Positions 14,565 to 27,265 are shown, counted from the first letter of the stretch. The stretch: DNA of 64,000 nt from Octopus sinensis (GCF_006345805.1 NW_021833447.1:1-64000), one strand, 5' to 3'. The notes: a model not told the origin generated them from the sequence alone. Made by a program: numbers and translations.

Positions 14565-14735
14565 TGAGCTTGACAACCGGTGTTGGTGTGTTTACGTCCC
14601 CGTAACTTAGCGGTTGAGCACGAGTTGACAATATATACCAGGCTTAAAAAAGTACTGGGGGTCGGTTCGTTCAACTAAAATTTGTCAAGGAAGAGCACAA
14701 GCGTGGTCGTAGTCTAACGATTGAACCAAAAGATA
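14565..14735 (+). mobile_element. SINE family A, 3' body fragment
   Basis: gcttgacaaccggtgttggtgtgtttacgtccccgtaacttagcggtt. Confidence 0.8.
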
Positions 14736-15189
14736 CATGATGCACACACACACACACACACACACACCAGTGTAACCCTTAATTTACAACACACAGATGT
14801 CTTGTTTGAAAACTTAGTTACAACATGCAGGGCTCACTGGAGCAATTTATGAAGACAAATCTATCCTTTTTATATAAAGTTTCTTTCTGTAAAAAAAAAA
14901 ACTGTTTATTATGAAGCCTCAAAACTCTTTCGTCGTACTTTTTTGTACACAAGAGAGCCGATAGCATTGTGTCAGCAAAAATATTGAAGCCGTACATTAA
15001 ATTTTTGAGGGGCACTTCATAGGAAACTATACAGAAATAAATGAAAAATAAATAACGGTTGTCACGTGCTCTTAAGTGGATAAAAAGTTTTCCGGACTAA
15101 GTAAATAAATATTTAATAAAAAAAAAAAATCATATAAAAAATATTTTTATCATTATTATTATTGGCATCATTAATATTGTTATTGTTGC

Positions 15190-15542
15190 TATTTTTTATA
15201 TATATATATATATACATACATATACACACAAACACATGTATATATACATATACACACACACATATATACACACACATATATACATACACACACACACATA
15301 TATACATACACACACACACACATATATACATACACACACACACACATATACATACACACACACACACATATACATACACACACACACACATATACATACA
15401 CACACACACACACATACACACACACACACATACACACACACACACACATATACATACACACACACACACACATATACATACACACACACACACATACATA
15501 CACACACACACACACATACATACACACACACACATATATATA

Positions 15543-15588
<46 letters not shown>

Positions 15589-15660
15589 TATATATACACA
15601 TATACATATATACACATATACACACATATATATACACATATACATATATACACACACATA
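15190..15660. repeat. Compound (CA)n/(TA)n microsatellite with ~20-bp higher-order unit
   Basis: Repeating cacacacacacatatacata-type units. Confidence 0.95.
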
Positions 15661-16769
15661 ATCTGTATGCATGTGCTTATGTGTGTTGTTTCCGTAGCCA
15701 TTTACAGCCATCTTAAGAAGTGTCATTTTCTCCTTCCCTTATTTCCTACCACCTCTGCATCACCGCTCTTACTTCGCTTCTTACTCTCCCGTTCACAAAA
15801 CTCTCCTTCTCCGTCACACACACACACTCACACCTAGGAACGTATCACGGTCCTCCACCCCTAATTGATATGCACCACTTTTCGCAAAAAGTGAATAAAG
15901 ATATCCCTAATCAATATTTTGTGGTATGAATCCTGGCTACAACAACAACAACAACAACAAATATAATGTTTTAAAAAATAAACAATAATGGCACAGCAAA
16001 AAATCTTCATGAAATTACACACACATACACACACCTACACACTCGTATATCATACAAAAAACAAGCATGGATATAAGTGGATGTATATAAAATGAAATGC
16101 ATAGAGTAAAATAGATACCTATTTTAATATTATCGTTCTTGCTGTTATTGTTGTCATCAAATTACTATTATTCTAACGATGAATCATTATTCTTATTATT
16201 ATTATATAACATTCACGTTCATTATTATTATTATTATTTGTACATAACACTCATGATCATTACTATTATTTGTATATAACATTATTATTATTATTATTAA
16301 TATTACAATTACTATTATTATGATTATTATTATTATTATTATTTGTATATAACATTCAGGCTCATTATTATTATTGTTACAATTACAATTATTGTTATTA
16401 TTATTATTTTTTTAAGTGTTTCAAGCAAGAGACAGCAGATGAGTGCCATTTGGTGCACTACTACTACAGAGCAACGATGTGTCAGAACGATTCTCGTAGA
16501 TTTAATTCGAATACTTCAAACCCATCTCAAAGGGGAAGAAGCACAGAGAAGGCAAAAAATTATTTTCTTAATTGAAACCAAAAAAAAAAAAAAAAAAAAT
16601 ACAACTAATGTTGATGTGTATATAACAGAAACAGTGGTGGTGTAGATTTGTGCTACCATCATTTTTACAGTTTAAGAAAATTGTCAATCATAATGTATTG
16701 TAATGTCACCGAAAACTGCGTCTTTGATTACGATTGTGTTGCACAAGCGCAAAAATGGACGCACAATTG

Positions 16770-16905
16770 TGTTCGCTTTGCAAGTACGTCGTGTCCGGTT
16801 TTGACTCACTCATCGGCACCCTGGGCAAGGCTCTTTTATATTTGTCTCAGAACAGACCAATCTCGCAAAGAATGAATTTGTTACACAAAAACTGTACGAT
16901 GCACC
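16770..16905 (+). mobile_element. SINE family A, degraded 5' fragment
   Basis: ggcaccctgggcaagg..gaccaa..gaatttgtta..aaactgta resembles the family head. Confidence 0.5.
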
Positions 16906-17028
16906 TCACCACTGAGCATGTGTGTGTCTGCACACACACACACACATACACACAATGTCGCTGTATGTATATAATATACATGTATATACATACTCATATA
17001 TTTATGTATTAAATATATAAATAGACAA

Positions 17029-17059
<31 letters not shown>

Positions 17060-17085
17060 TATATACATATATACATATAACATAT

Positions 17086-17144
<59 letters not shown>

Positions 17145-17259
17145 CATAGCTATATATATATTATATGTGAATATGCAGATATATATACATATATGGATAT
17201 GTAAAATTGTTCTTATAGTAGAAAGGATTTTTATTATTATTATTAATGTTATTATTGAA

Positions 17260-17470
17260 AGGCGGCGAACTGGCAGAATACTTAGCACCCTGAACAAAAT
17301 GCTTAGCACCATCTCATCTGTCTTTATGTTCTGAGTTCAAACTTCGCCGGGGTCGACATTGCATTTCATCCTACCGAAGTCGATAAAATAAGTACCAGTT
17401 GAGTACTGAGAGTCGGTGGAATCGACTTACCCCCTTACCAGAGCTTGCTTTATGCCGAAATTTGAAACCA
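17260..17470 (+). mobile_element. SINE family B (tRNA-derived, MetaSINE-like central domain)
   Basis: ggcggcgaactggcagaa..gttctgagttcaaa (B box)..tttcatcc..gtcgataaaataagtaccag. Flanked by (ATT)n/(ATC)n. Confidence 0.85.
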
Positions 17471-17674
17471 TTATCATCATCATCCTGCTCTTCGTAGAGA
17501 ATCGAGCAAAATGACTGTAATTTTGTGAAGTCCTATGCGTTCAGATTCGGGTCGTGTTTCTCTGGGTGGAGGGATTGATAAACTTATAGCTTGTTTTAAA
17601 TATCGTTACACAGTCTTGAACTTATGTTAGGCGTTATTATGCGGCTTAAATACATGGTAATGGCTGATCAGATC

Positions 17675-17860
17675 AAAATGGCGATGAGAGGAATTTAAAA
17701 CTTAGAAAATGGCGGTGGCCAACAGAACCATGGTGGAAACTAATAAAATCAGTAGGGCAGAATTAACAATCAATATGGCGAAAGACAGCTGACAAAAGAA
17801 TATAACGGAGGCTGATAATATCAATATGGTGGCGGTGGGAGGAGAGGAACAATATGGCGC
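17675..17860 (+). promoter_or_regulatory. Cluster of YY1/Pho-type motifs (AANATGGCG)
   Basis: Exact matches at 17675, 17706, 17772 and 17851, plus CATGGTGG/AATATGGTGG variants at ~17729 and 17823. Confidence 0.4.
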
Positions 17861-18209
17861 TGGACAAAAAGCTTGGCAGTATTTAGTTACGAGCCGTGCT
17901 GCCGTTCGGAGTTCCACACCCATTACTGTTAATTTGGCTTTAAATATTTCCGGTCGTTAACAAAACAAATAATTACCATCCACCAAAGTTAGAAAATATT
18001 GTTAAGTTAGATGAGGAGGTGGCGAGAGAGGTGGTGAGAGAGGTGTTAATCGGATGAACAGAACAATAAACTGATATGATTAAAGATACTTTTTTTTGCA
18101 AGAATCAAAGTGAGACATTTATAAATAAAATCCAGGTTGCGTTTGTCTCTCATCCTTCAGTGGCCGTTTGCGCATGTTTGAAAAACTATTATTCTGGTTG
18201 TTAAATTAT

Positions 18210-18515
18210 GAATTCAATTCCCAACGAGGTCAACCTAGCTTTTCAGCTCTTCAGTGTAGATTAAAATAAAATACCAGTCAAGTGCTGGGGCTTATGCCCT
18301 TCAAAACTGCTGGCTTTGTACCTAAAGGTACCATTATTATTATTATTATTATTATTAAAAGCGACGAGCTGGCAAAATCGTTAGCACGCTGAACGAAATG
18401 CCTTGCAGTATTTCTGCCGCTTGCTACGTCGAGGCTGCCTTTGCCTTTCATCCTTTCGGGGAATCGATTGGTCCCCTTGCTTAAAATTTCAGGCCTTGTG
18501 TCTATAGTAGAAAGG

Positions 18516-18547
<32 letters not shown>

Positions 18548-18755
18548 GACGGTGAACTGGCAAAATCGTAAGCCCGCCGGGCAAAATCCTTAGTGGTATT
18601 TCGTCTGTCTTAAGGTTCTGGGTTCGAATGCCGATGAGGCCAGGTTTGCATTTAGTCCTTTCAGGGTCCACAAAATAAGTACCAGTTGAACACTGTGGAG
18701 TCAATTACATCGACTTACTCCCGAAATTGCTGGCCGTGTGCCAAAGTCTCAAACG

Positions 18756-18757
<2 letters not shown>
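18210..18757 (+). mobile_element. Three tandem SINE family B copies separated by (ATT)n
   Basis: Copies at ~18210-18335 (partial), ~18358-18517 and ~18545-18757, each followed by (ATT)n. Confidence 0.8.
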
Positions 18758-18788
<31 letters not shown>

Positions 18789-19090
18789 ATTATTATTATT
18801 ATTATTACCATTATCATTATTATTATTATTATCATTATTATTATAATTGACAGCGCCAGCAGTAATGGCTGTAGCAGTTGTAGGGAATAACACGATATCA
18901 ATATATAAATTGATGATAGCTCTTCATCAGCGCTGAGTATTAATGCAACGTTTAAAATACATACGCAAATACTAAAAAAATCAACGCAAAAGCGTAATGA
19001 CACATCAAGATAACGTGTGAATAAAACATATACTCTGTATGTGTATATGCATTGATATAGCATAAAAAACCCATAAAAACACACATGTGA

Positions 19091-19126
<36 letters not shown>

Positions 19127-19710
19127 CACTCACTCACGAACGCGCATATTCAGACACCATTTAAAATTCCCTACAGATATTGGTACCGCAAATGCGAAAC
19201 CACCTCTTTTCAACACAGCACTTCCCACCACCGCTACCATTTCCATGACACTTATCACTATCATCACCCTCATTACCATCAGCACCCTATCCCCCTACCC
19301 CCACCACCACTACCCCACAACACCGCCGTCGCTCTACCATCTCTACATTGCTTCACATCCCCCACAGCAGCACTCACCGCCAAGATAATTAACTGTACCT
19401 AATGACAGTTTGTGTACATTTTCACAATGTTTGTACACAACAGCAGAGACACGTGTGGAAATGAGAGAAAGAAGAGAAAGGGAGAGAGAGAGAGGGAGAG
19501 AGAGAGAGGGAGAGAGAGAGAGGGAGAGAGAAATCTAATACAGTTTTCGGTCGGATGTTCTTTATTGTTATTGCCATACTTTATATGTTCTTTTCTTTTT
19601 ATTTTATTTTACTTATCATTCATAATTAATTTAGCAACTGTTTATAATAATTATTAAATATTATCACTTTAACTATTCTTATAAAGAAAGCATTATTATT
19701 ATTTTTATTA

Positions 19711-19751
<41 letters not shown>

Positions 19752-20983
19752 GTTGCTGTTGTTGTTTTTACTATCATTGCTTTTGTTGTTGTTGTTGTGA
19801 TCTGAGATGGTGATAATGCTGATGTCAGTGACTGTTATGGAGTGTTGTTCTTGTCGATAATGTTCATTAAACAGACAAAAATTCTGTTTACAAACCACTT
19901 TGCTAACACCCATCATTTATACACACACACACACACAAACATATATACGCAAGTACATACAGATAACACAAAGGAAAAAAGGATTTCAAAATTAGCGCAG
20001 ATACTTTAGGAGCACTCTCTTGTCATCCGAACTTGGATGCCTATATCGACCAATAGGAAACTAAAGTGTTATGCTCGCTTAAAACTTTGGATCTACACAG
20101 TACTATAAACCAATGAAGAAGAATCGATTAGTTGCACAGAAACGTCGCATCAAAGGAAACACGTGTCGGCATCTTAAATTTTATAACAATTAGCTAAAGA
20201 CGTATTATTCTCTGTCCTTCATTTTGTCCTCACACACACACACGTATCATAGATGCTCTGGGCTGCAATATTTTATGTTCTTAAGAGGTTTCGGTATTTT
20301 AACATCAGGCAGTTCTCCTACCCAGTTGTTCATGTCCCAGGTTGTTCAAGTCCTAGTTGAACCATTCGTTGTAGCCATAAAATGGCGGTAAGAGCTTCGT
20401 GGAGCGAATACCTCGGAAGATACGCGTATATAAATATATATAGAGAAACACACACAAATGTATGTAACAAGACAGGTACTCAGGAAGAAATATTCGCCAT
20501 TAATTTTAGCGGGGTGTTCTTCAAAGTGTTCAATAGATGTTCTTATAAGTTATGAATTAAGGCTGCGATATAACGGGGGGAGAGAGTGATCCTATTACAC
20601 AATAGAAGGGGAATACATATTCCCTCCTAGAACTTATATATTACATAAAATGGTGTAAAATTATTGTACATATACACATACTTGCATGTATAAATATTCA
20701 ATTATACAAGTTTCTACACACACGAATGGCCTGGACGTATATCATAAATTATGAGGTGCAACACATCTCTGCAATTTCTCCCCACACACACGAACCTCCC
20801 CAGTCTTTCCCACATTCATGAATGTATGACCACTACATGCATATGCATGGACACATTCACGTATACATGTGCACAGATATACATAGACAATACAATTCCA
20901 AGGCTCAAGTGAGAAGAGACAGTGTACAGATGTGTGTGCGAGTATGAACGAATCTGCTATGTGTTCGTGTGTGTAGAAACATG

Positions 20984-21018
<35 letters not shown>

Positions 21019-21203
21019 ATGCTTTTATGTATGTGTATGTATGCGGGTGTGTTTATACATATATACATGCACACATATATATATATATATATATACATGT
21101 ATATGTGTACGTATGTATATATATATATATATATATATGTACAAATACACACATACATATACACATGTGTGTATATATATATATATATACATGCGTGTGT
21201 GAG

Positions 21204-21260
<57 letters not shown>

Positions 21261-21845
21261 TAAGACATGGAGCTACACTCCAACTACGTCTCTCCCCCAC
21301 CGCTCTTTCCCCTTAGCCTCACCCCCAAAACGGCTGTTCTCAAGAACCCTATAGACTTCGTTGATGGAATCGCAGCAAATGATAAACTCTCACGTTATCT
21401 TATAATCATATCTGTTGTAGTTTATTATTATCATTATTATTATTATTATTATTATCATTATTATTATTATCATTATTATTATTATTCCTCTCACACCCTC
21501 CTTCAACTTTCAGTTCGTTCACTTCACATACCCTACCATTCTCGCCCCCACCCCACACATCAATAACCTGGCCCTTCCCTTTCGCACCCCACACTCGTCT
21601 TCTGTACATTTCTAGAGAGGTCTTCCACAAGAAATATATTTTAATAGTTTGGAGAAGAAATAGGCAACCTGCATCCACACACACACACACACAAACGGGT
21701 ATAGCGTTCATAATACCGCTTTCCCTTCCAACTATACACAATTATACATGGACATAAATATACAGAAATGCAATACATATCTATATACATTCATATACAC
21801 AGAGGTATGTATGTGTCTGTCTGTCTCTCTGTCTTTCTGGATATA

Positions 21846-22003
21846 GACGCGGCTACGTGGTAAGAAATGTGCTTGCCAACCACATGACTCCGGGTTCAGT
21901 TCCATTGCGTGGCACCTTGAGCAAGTGTCTTCTTCTATAGCCTCGAGCCGACCAAAGCCTTATGAGTTGATTTGGCAGATGGGAACTGAAAGAAACCCAT
22001 CGG

Positions 22004-22049
<46 letters not shown>

Positions 22050-22271
22050 TCTGTGCGTCTTTGTGTCTATGTTTTCCTCCGCCATCGCTTGACAACCGAT
22101 GTTGGTGTATTAATGTCCTCGTAACTTTGCGGTCGGACGACGAAGACCGATAGAATAAGTACTAGGCTTACAAAAAATAAGTCCTGGGGTCGATTTCTAC
22201 GACTAAAACCCTTCAAGGTGGTTCTCTAGCATGGCGCAGTCAAATGACTGAAACGAATAAAAGAATAAAAA

Positions 22272-22275
<4 letters not shown>
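21846..22275 (+). mobile_element. SINE family A (tRNA-derived, octopus OK/OR-type), full length
   Basis: A-box-like ggctacgtggtaag, B-box-like gggttcagttcc, central (TA)n, body cttgacaaccg..gaccgatagaataagtactaggctt, tail (aaaagaat)n. Confidence 0.9.
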
Positions 22276-22312
<37 letters not shown>

Positions 22313-22324
22313 TATGTGTGTGTA

Positions 22325-22475
22325 ATCATCACCAAAAAGGGACCGTTTTCCATGGTTTAGACGATTTCACAGGAACTAGTAAATCGGAGAACTGCACTAG
22401 GTTCCAGTTTGGTATGACATGGTTTCTACGGCTGGATGCCCTTTCTAACGCCAACCACTCCACAGACATACAAAC
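22325..22475 (-). mobile_element. SINE/LINE 3'-end family C
   Basis: catggtttctacggctggatgccctttctaacgccaaccac. A related plus-strand tail with (GAT)n at 9288-9350 (gtcaaaccgtccaac.catg..agcatggaaag). Confidence 0.6.
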
Positions 22476-22479
22476 AAAC

Positions 22480-22652
22480 ACACACATATATATACGACAG
22501 GCTTCTTTCAGTTTCCGTTTACTAAATTCACTTACAAGGCTTTGGTGGGCCCGAGGCTAAAGTAGAAGACACTTGCCCAAGGTGCCATGCAGTGGGACTG
22601 AACCCAGAACTATGTGATCGGTAAACAAGCTACTTATCACACATCCACTCCT
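22480..22652 (-). mobile_element. SINE family A, 5' half
   Basis: Reverse complement of the tRNA-like head and gcaagtgtcttctac..ggaaactgaaagaagcc segment. Confidence 0.88.
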
Positions 22653-22702
22653 GTATATATATATATATATAGGTAGATAGATAGATAGATAGATAGAAAT
22701 AG

Positions 22703-22735
<33 letters not shown>

Positions 22736-23256
22736 AGAGAGACAAGCAGACATATATCTATAAGCACACACATATGGGACTGTAAACTTTGACATCTCAC
22801 AGTTTTATTTGTCACACATGCAAACATCAGTGTAGCAAGATATATCTTTTATAAATCATATTCGCAAACCACCAAAGGTACGTACGCCTAGTATATGTAT
22901 GTACGAAATATCTTTCAGGTAACAGTTATAGGTATATTAACGCAATATAATTCACTAATTCGTTATACTAGCACTAACTGTTTAATTTATATAAATTCAT
23001 ATTTATACAGGTCTGTACGCAACCGCCAAGTGAATGTGAAATTCTAGACAGTACTCAATATCTAGAGATAGCGCTGATCCAGATTTGTGTACATTATATG
23101 CACACAAGTTATCATGGAACACATAGTTATCATGGAAACCGTACTATGTATACGATATGAGAGATATATCCACATGTGACACAAACATTTATATATTAGT
23201 ATAACATAGCACTGTATGTGTACGAGTGTGTGTATTTATATGTATCTACATACATA

Positions 23257-23290
<34 letters not shown>

Positions 23291-23300
23291 CCTACATACC

Positions 23301-23339
<39 letters not shown>

Positions 23340-23920
23340 GTACACACAAACACACACATACATAAAATGTTCCATTATGTTTTTGTATTTGTATTGATAT
23401 ATATTTATGTGCTCATACACGCACGCACACAGACATTCATTACTAATCTGGTTAGATACCAACAAAAGCAAACACCCTCCCCTCCCTGAAAAAATATATA
23501 TGAAAAACAAAAGCTCATATGTCCCAAGCTCTAACAAAGATATCATCTACACTCCCTGTCAACCCCAGCGTTTTCTACTGAAAATGAAAAAAACAAAAAA
23601 CAGAGTAATAATAATAATAATGATAAAACTGCAAAATGGAAGCGAGAAGTGGGCAACATCAGAAGTCAATTTCCTTTGCCATTTATTAAGTCAGATAATT
23701 ATAATGGCATTAGACAGGATCCGCCGGTTTGGTAATGGGCAGACATTAGAACAAGCTTTACTGTTGACAAATATATCGATAAACAACAGTCCAGCTCTTG
23801 TCACTTAGTTACTCTACTTTGAGGCGATGGATGTAGGAGGAGGAAATTGGAAAAAAAAGAAAAAAAAACAAGCTTCACTATTCAGCTTTCTCGTTCTCTG
23901 CCTCCTCCTACTTATATATA

Positions 23921-25376
23921 CACCCAGAACCACGCCAATTGCTTAGGAGGGAAATTTAGGATTTCTCCGTTTTCTGTGAATCGATTTTTATAAAACTTTT
24001 CCCACCTGGTTTGCACAATATGGCAACACCATTGTTATGTTTTCAATATTCTGTGTAACGACCATTCTTTTTTATTTCAGTTTCTTCAGTTTCTGGGTGA
24101 ACCACGCTAACAGCTTTTGAATGAAAATGGTTCACCAAGAAATTTTTACTAAACATGAAGGATAATAATATATATTAATCATACATTGAATATATATTTA
24201 GCAAAAAATTCATATCATAACATTTATTGACATAATGAATTATTTATAAAAGCCTTATGAGCGCCATTTCGACGGATAACTCCAAAAACCCTTAGTCATG
24301 GAATCTGTCAATTTCTTAATAATAACAGGTTGATGTGCCTCTGTTGCAGCTTGGATGGTCGCCCTTATGACATCTTTCGGCATAAACATCCTGTTTAATG
24401 ATGGACCAAAGATTTTCAATAAGGTCGAGATCTGGAGATGCTAGCGGCCACACCATCAACCTTTCACCTTGTAAGCCGTAAGACCCTCGGAATGTTTGCG
24501 CGGTCCTGGCAGAGTATGAAGGAGTGATGCCATGCATGAATACGAGATTCCTAAGAAGTTGTAGCAGTATGTCATCTAGCCAGGGATCTAAGACCTCTTT
24601 CGGGAGATTGCAGTAGGCGACTTGCGGCCCTTTAACCCCTTCAGGCATCCCGACTGGGCCAACAAGTCTGTCTCCAATGGCACCAGCCGACAACATGACT
24701 CCTCCAACCTGTTGTTGACGTCGTAAACGTTGGTGACGCTCATCTCCAAAATAGACCCAACAATAAGGTTCGTCAAGGATCACCCTGGTTTCGTCAGTGA
24801 ACAGAACACAACTCATGTCTGACGTAATGTACTTTGGGGCCCATTGAAGCCTCAAACTCTTGTGAGGAGGCAGTTTTGGGGCTTCTCATACGGAAGCCAT
24901 GGTTCCGAGGATGCAATTCCCGGAGGCAGTGAAAATGGCTTTGCTTGTTTGTCCAAGTTTCACACGTAATTTGCGGCCAATATTCCTTAAATCCTTATTT
25001 GTCAGTCTTGGCGGTCCCACTATCGAATCGTTTCTTCCTTGGCGCTCATGTGGCCAAATAATTTAGTATGTCAATAAAGTTATGTTATCATGGTTTTTTG
25101 ATACATGTATACTCAATGTATGCTTAATATCATTATTACCCTTCATTTTCTGAAAGAAAAAAAAATTTCTAGGTGGGCTAATTTCATTCAAAAGCTATTG
25201 ACATGGCTCACTCCCAAACTGAAGAATCTGAAATAAAAAAGTAAGGACGTTATACAGAACAATGAAATCATAACAATGGTGTTGCGATAGTGTGTAAACC
25301 AGGTGGGAACAGTTTTATCAAAATCGATTCACAGAAAACCAAGAAATCCTACATTTTACTCCTAAGCTATTAACGT
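23921..25376 (-). mobile_element. Tc1/mariner-superfamily DNA transposon, DD37E (TRT-like) spacing, defective, with ~330-bp inverted arms
   Basis: Inverted arms at ~23935-24266 and ~25042-25376 align by eye (e.g. ttttctgtgaatcgatttt.ataaaact.ttcccacctggttt.caca). TA precedes the left end (23919-20). The right outer end runs into (TG)n. Transposase remnant lies between the arms. Confidence 0.92.
24250..25050 (-). pseudogene. Tc1-like DDE transposase pseudogene
   Basis: Translation shows RLQWAPKY..D..VLFTDE (first D), LVFMHGITPSYSAR (second D mutated, GAC>GGC at 24529-31) and WPLASPDLDLIENLWSIIKQDVY (E). One in-frame stop upstream, frameshifts in the C-terminal KKLTDSM..VIRRNGAH segment, and the N-terminal HTH is absent. 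Confidence 0.92.
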
Positions 25377-27139
25377 ATGTGTGTGTGTGTGTGTGTTTGT
25401 GTGTGTATGTGTATGTGTGTGCATGCGTGTGTGTGTGTGTGTATGTGTGTGTGTGTGAAGGACTAATTTCTCATTTAGATTTGAAAATATCCAGCTTTGT
25501 CCAGGTCGCAGTAAATCTGGAACATGTATTGCGTACACTCAAGACACCAAAATATATGATTAAAATTGCCCTCAAGACATTTTCCTCGTACTCCCATTAT
25601 GTTAAGAGTAACGTCACGTACTGAGTCAACATACTCCTTGGTATGGAGCGAGTAACCACGCACTTTAACACTATTTCACTGTAATCTGTTGCATGGAGAG
25701 AGTAACAAAACACTACATATTACATTAAGACTTACAACTGTTTAAAACTGGTAAAACGATTGTCTACAGAAAGAACAATTCTAAGAATGTTCTTCCAGGT
25801 TATCTCTTTATATATACTGCACTGAATCTTCTTTGATGATGTCTGAGGCTCTCAATGTCAAAACGGTGCGTATTAAGAATATATTACTGATGGTAATTGA
25901 AAAATCACCGTACACTAAATATATTTGTAGTAAAGAGTTTAAAAGCAATGAATGTAGTACTGATGGTAAGTCAACATATCAGCTTCTGTCGAGTACACCA
26001 ACACGATCCTGTTTTGATCTTAGGTTGAAGCTCTTTGCTTCTATTTACAACATATGAAGTAATGAGTGTCACATTACCTGGTCATAACTTCTCTGAATAT
26101 ATTTTGTTCTTAGTAGTTTTTGTTGCTTAATTCTATACCCCACATTAACTCCACCCGAACAAACCTATGATTAAATGCATCCCAACCATAACCAATGTGT
26201 CACCTTTTTATTTTTAAATGGAGTGATTACTTCAAATATACCTGGAGAAATTTCTTCAAGGGGTACTGGTTAAAGCACCTGTAGTTGGATACAACTCGGT
26301 CAACAACTACCTAGTTGAATGGGTTATGATATCACACGACTTGAATTAAAAATGATTTAACGCATCCTTATTAAATTAGACATGGCTTGATTCAATCTTT
26401 GGCCGAGAGATATCTAAGTTATCTAAGTAATGCTCTTCATTCTTTAAGGCGATGACGCTGTGTTATGAGAGATTCAATTGCTATGGTCGAATGATCGCAC
26501 AGCTTACCGCTTCTCAAGCATTTTAAAAACTAACACCACTCTGTAATGATCCAGCAAAATTAAATGCACCTCATATATATACATATACATGCATACATAC
26601 ATGCATACATACATACATACATACATACATATAATTAAGAGACAACACCCCTATTAAGTAATTCAATTAATATTAAAAGATATCTATAATAAATCATATA
26701 GAAAAAAAATTAAACATATATATATTATTCTAAAAGTCACTAAATTAAATAAACATTAAATTGACTACGTCGCTGTATTTATTGCATGGATGACCACCAC
26801 CCCCGCCACTAATTTTGTCAATACATTTTAAACAATACTTTGTTATTTATAACTTACATGCATAGGTGGTATGAATACTTTTCTTTTTTGTTTCCTTGCT
26901 TATTTATATTTTAAAGTCTGTTATCATTATTTTTGATTTGCCATTGTTTATTGGGAAGTACCAGTATAGAGGTTCCCCTCGCTGGTTAGAATTCGTAAGA
27001 AGGAAAGTTGAGTGAATTCAGATTTGTGCAACAATACATCTCTGTAGGAAACACCATTTCAAACAGCCACAAATGAAATGATTGTCACCTGGAGTAGTCC
27101 TGATTTTATAAAATTTAGCATAAAAAAGGAAAGGGAACA

Positions 27140-27265
27140 TTTTATCAGTTACATCTGTTCTAGGGATTGGCTGGTAATTATCTTATCGATCTTGGAGGAA
27201 TGAGAAACTGAATTGAACTTCGGCGGGATTTGAACTCAGAATCTTGAAGAAAAAGCTAATTAATG
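27140..27265 (-). mobile_element. SINE family B fragment
   Basis: ggtaattatcttatcgatc..ttcggcgggatttgaactcagaa. Confidence 0.65.

Noticed and set aside
20288-20309. Third hammerhead-like motif (CTGATG..ACC-GAAAC on - strand)
   Set aside because: Core A9 and part of stem II are missing, and there is no stem I/III.
23107-23139. X-box match GTTATCATGGAAAC in an 18-bp tandem duplication (also near-matches at ~29425 and ~37857)
   Set aside because: A rough estimate for this degenerate AT-rich consensus gives about one chance match per window.
25833-26057. 74-aa ORF with ATG|GTAAGT donor at 25966
   Set aside because: No recognisable protein, weak acceptor, and no partner exons.
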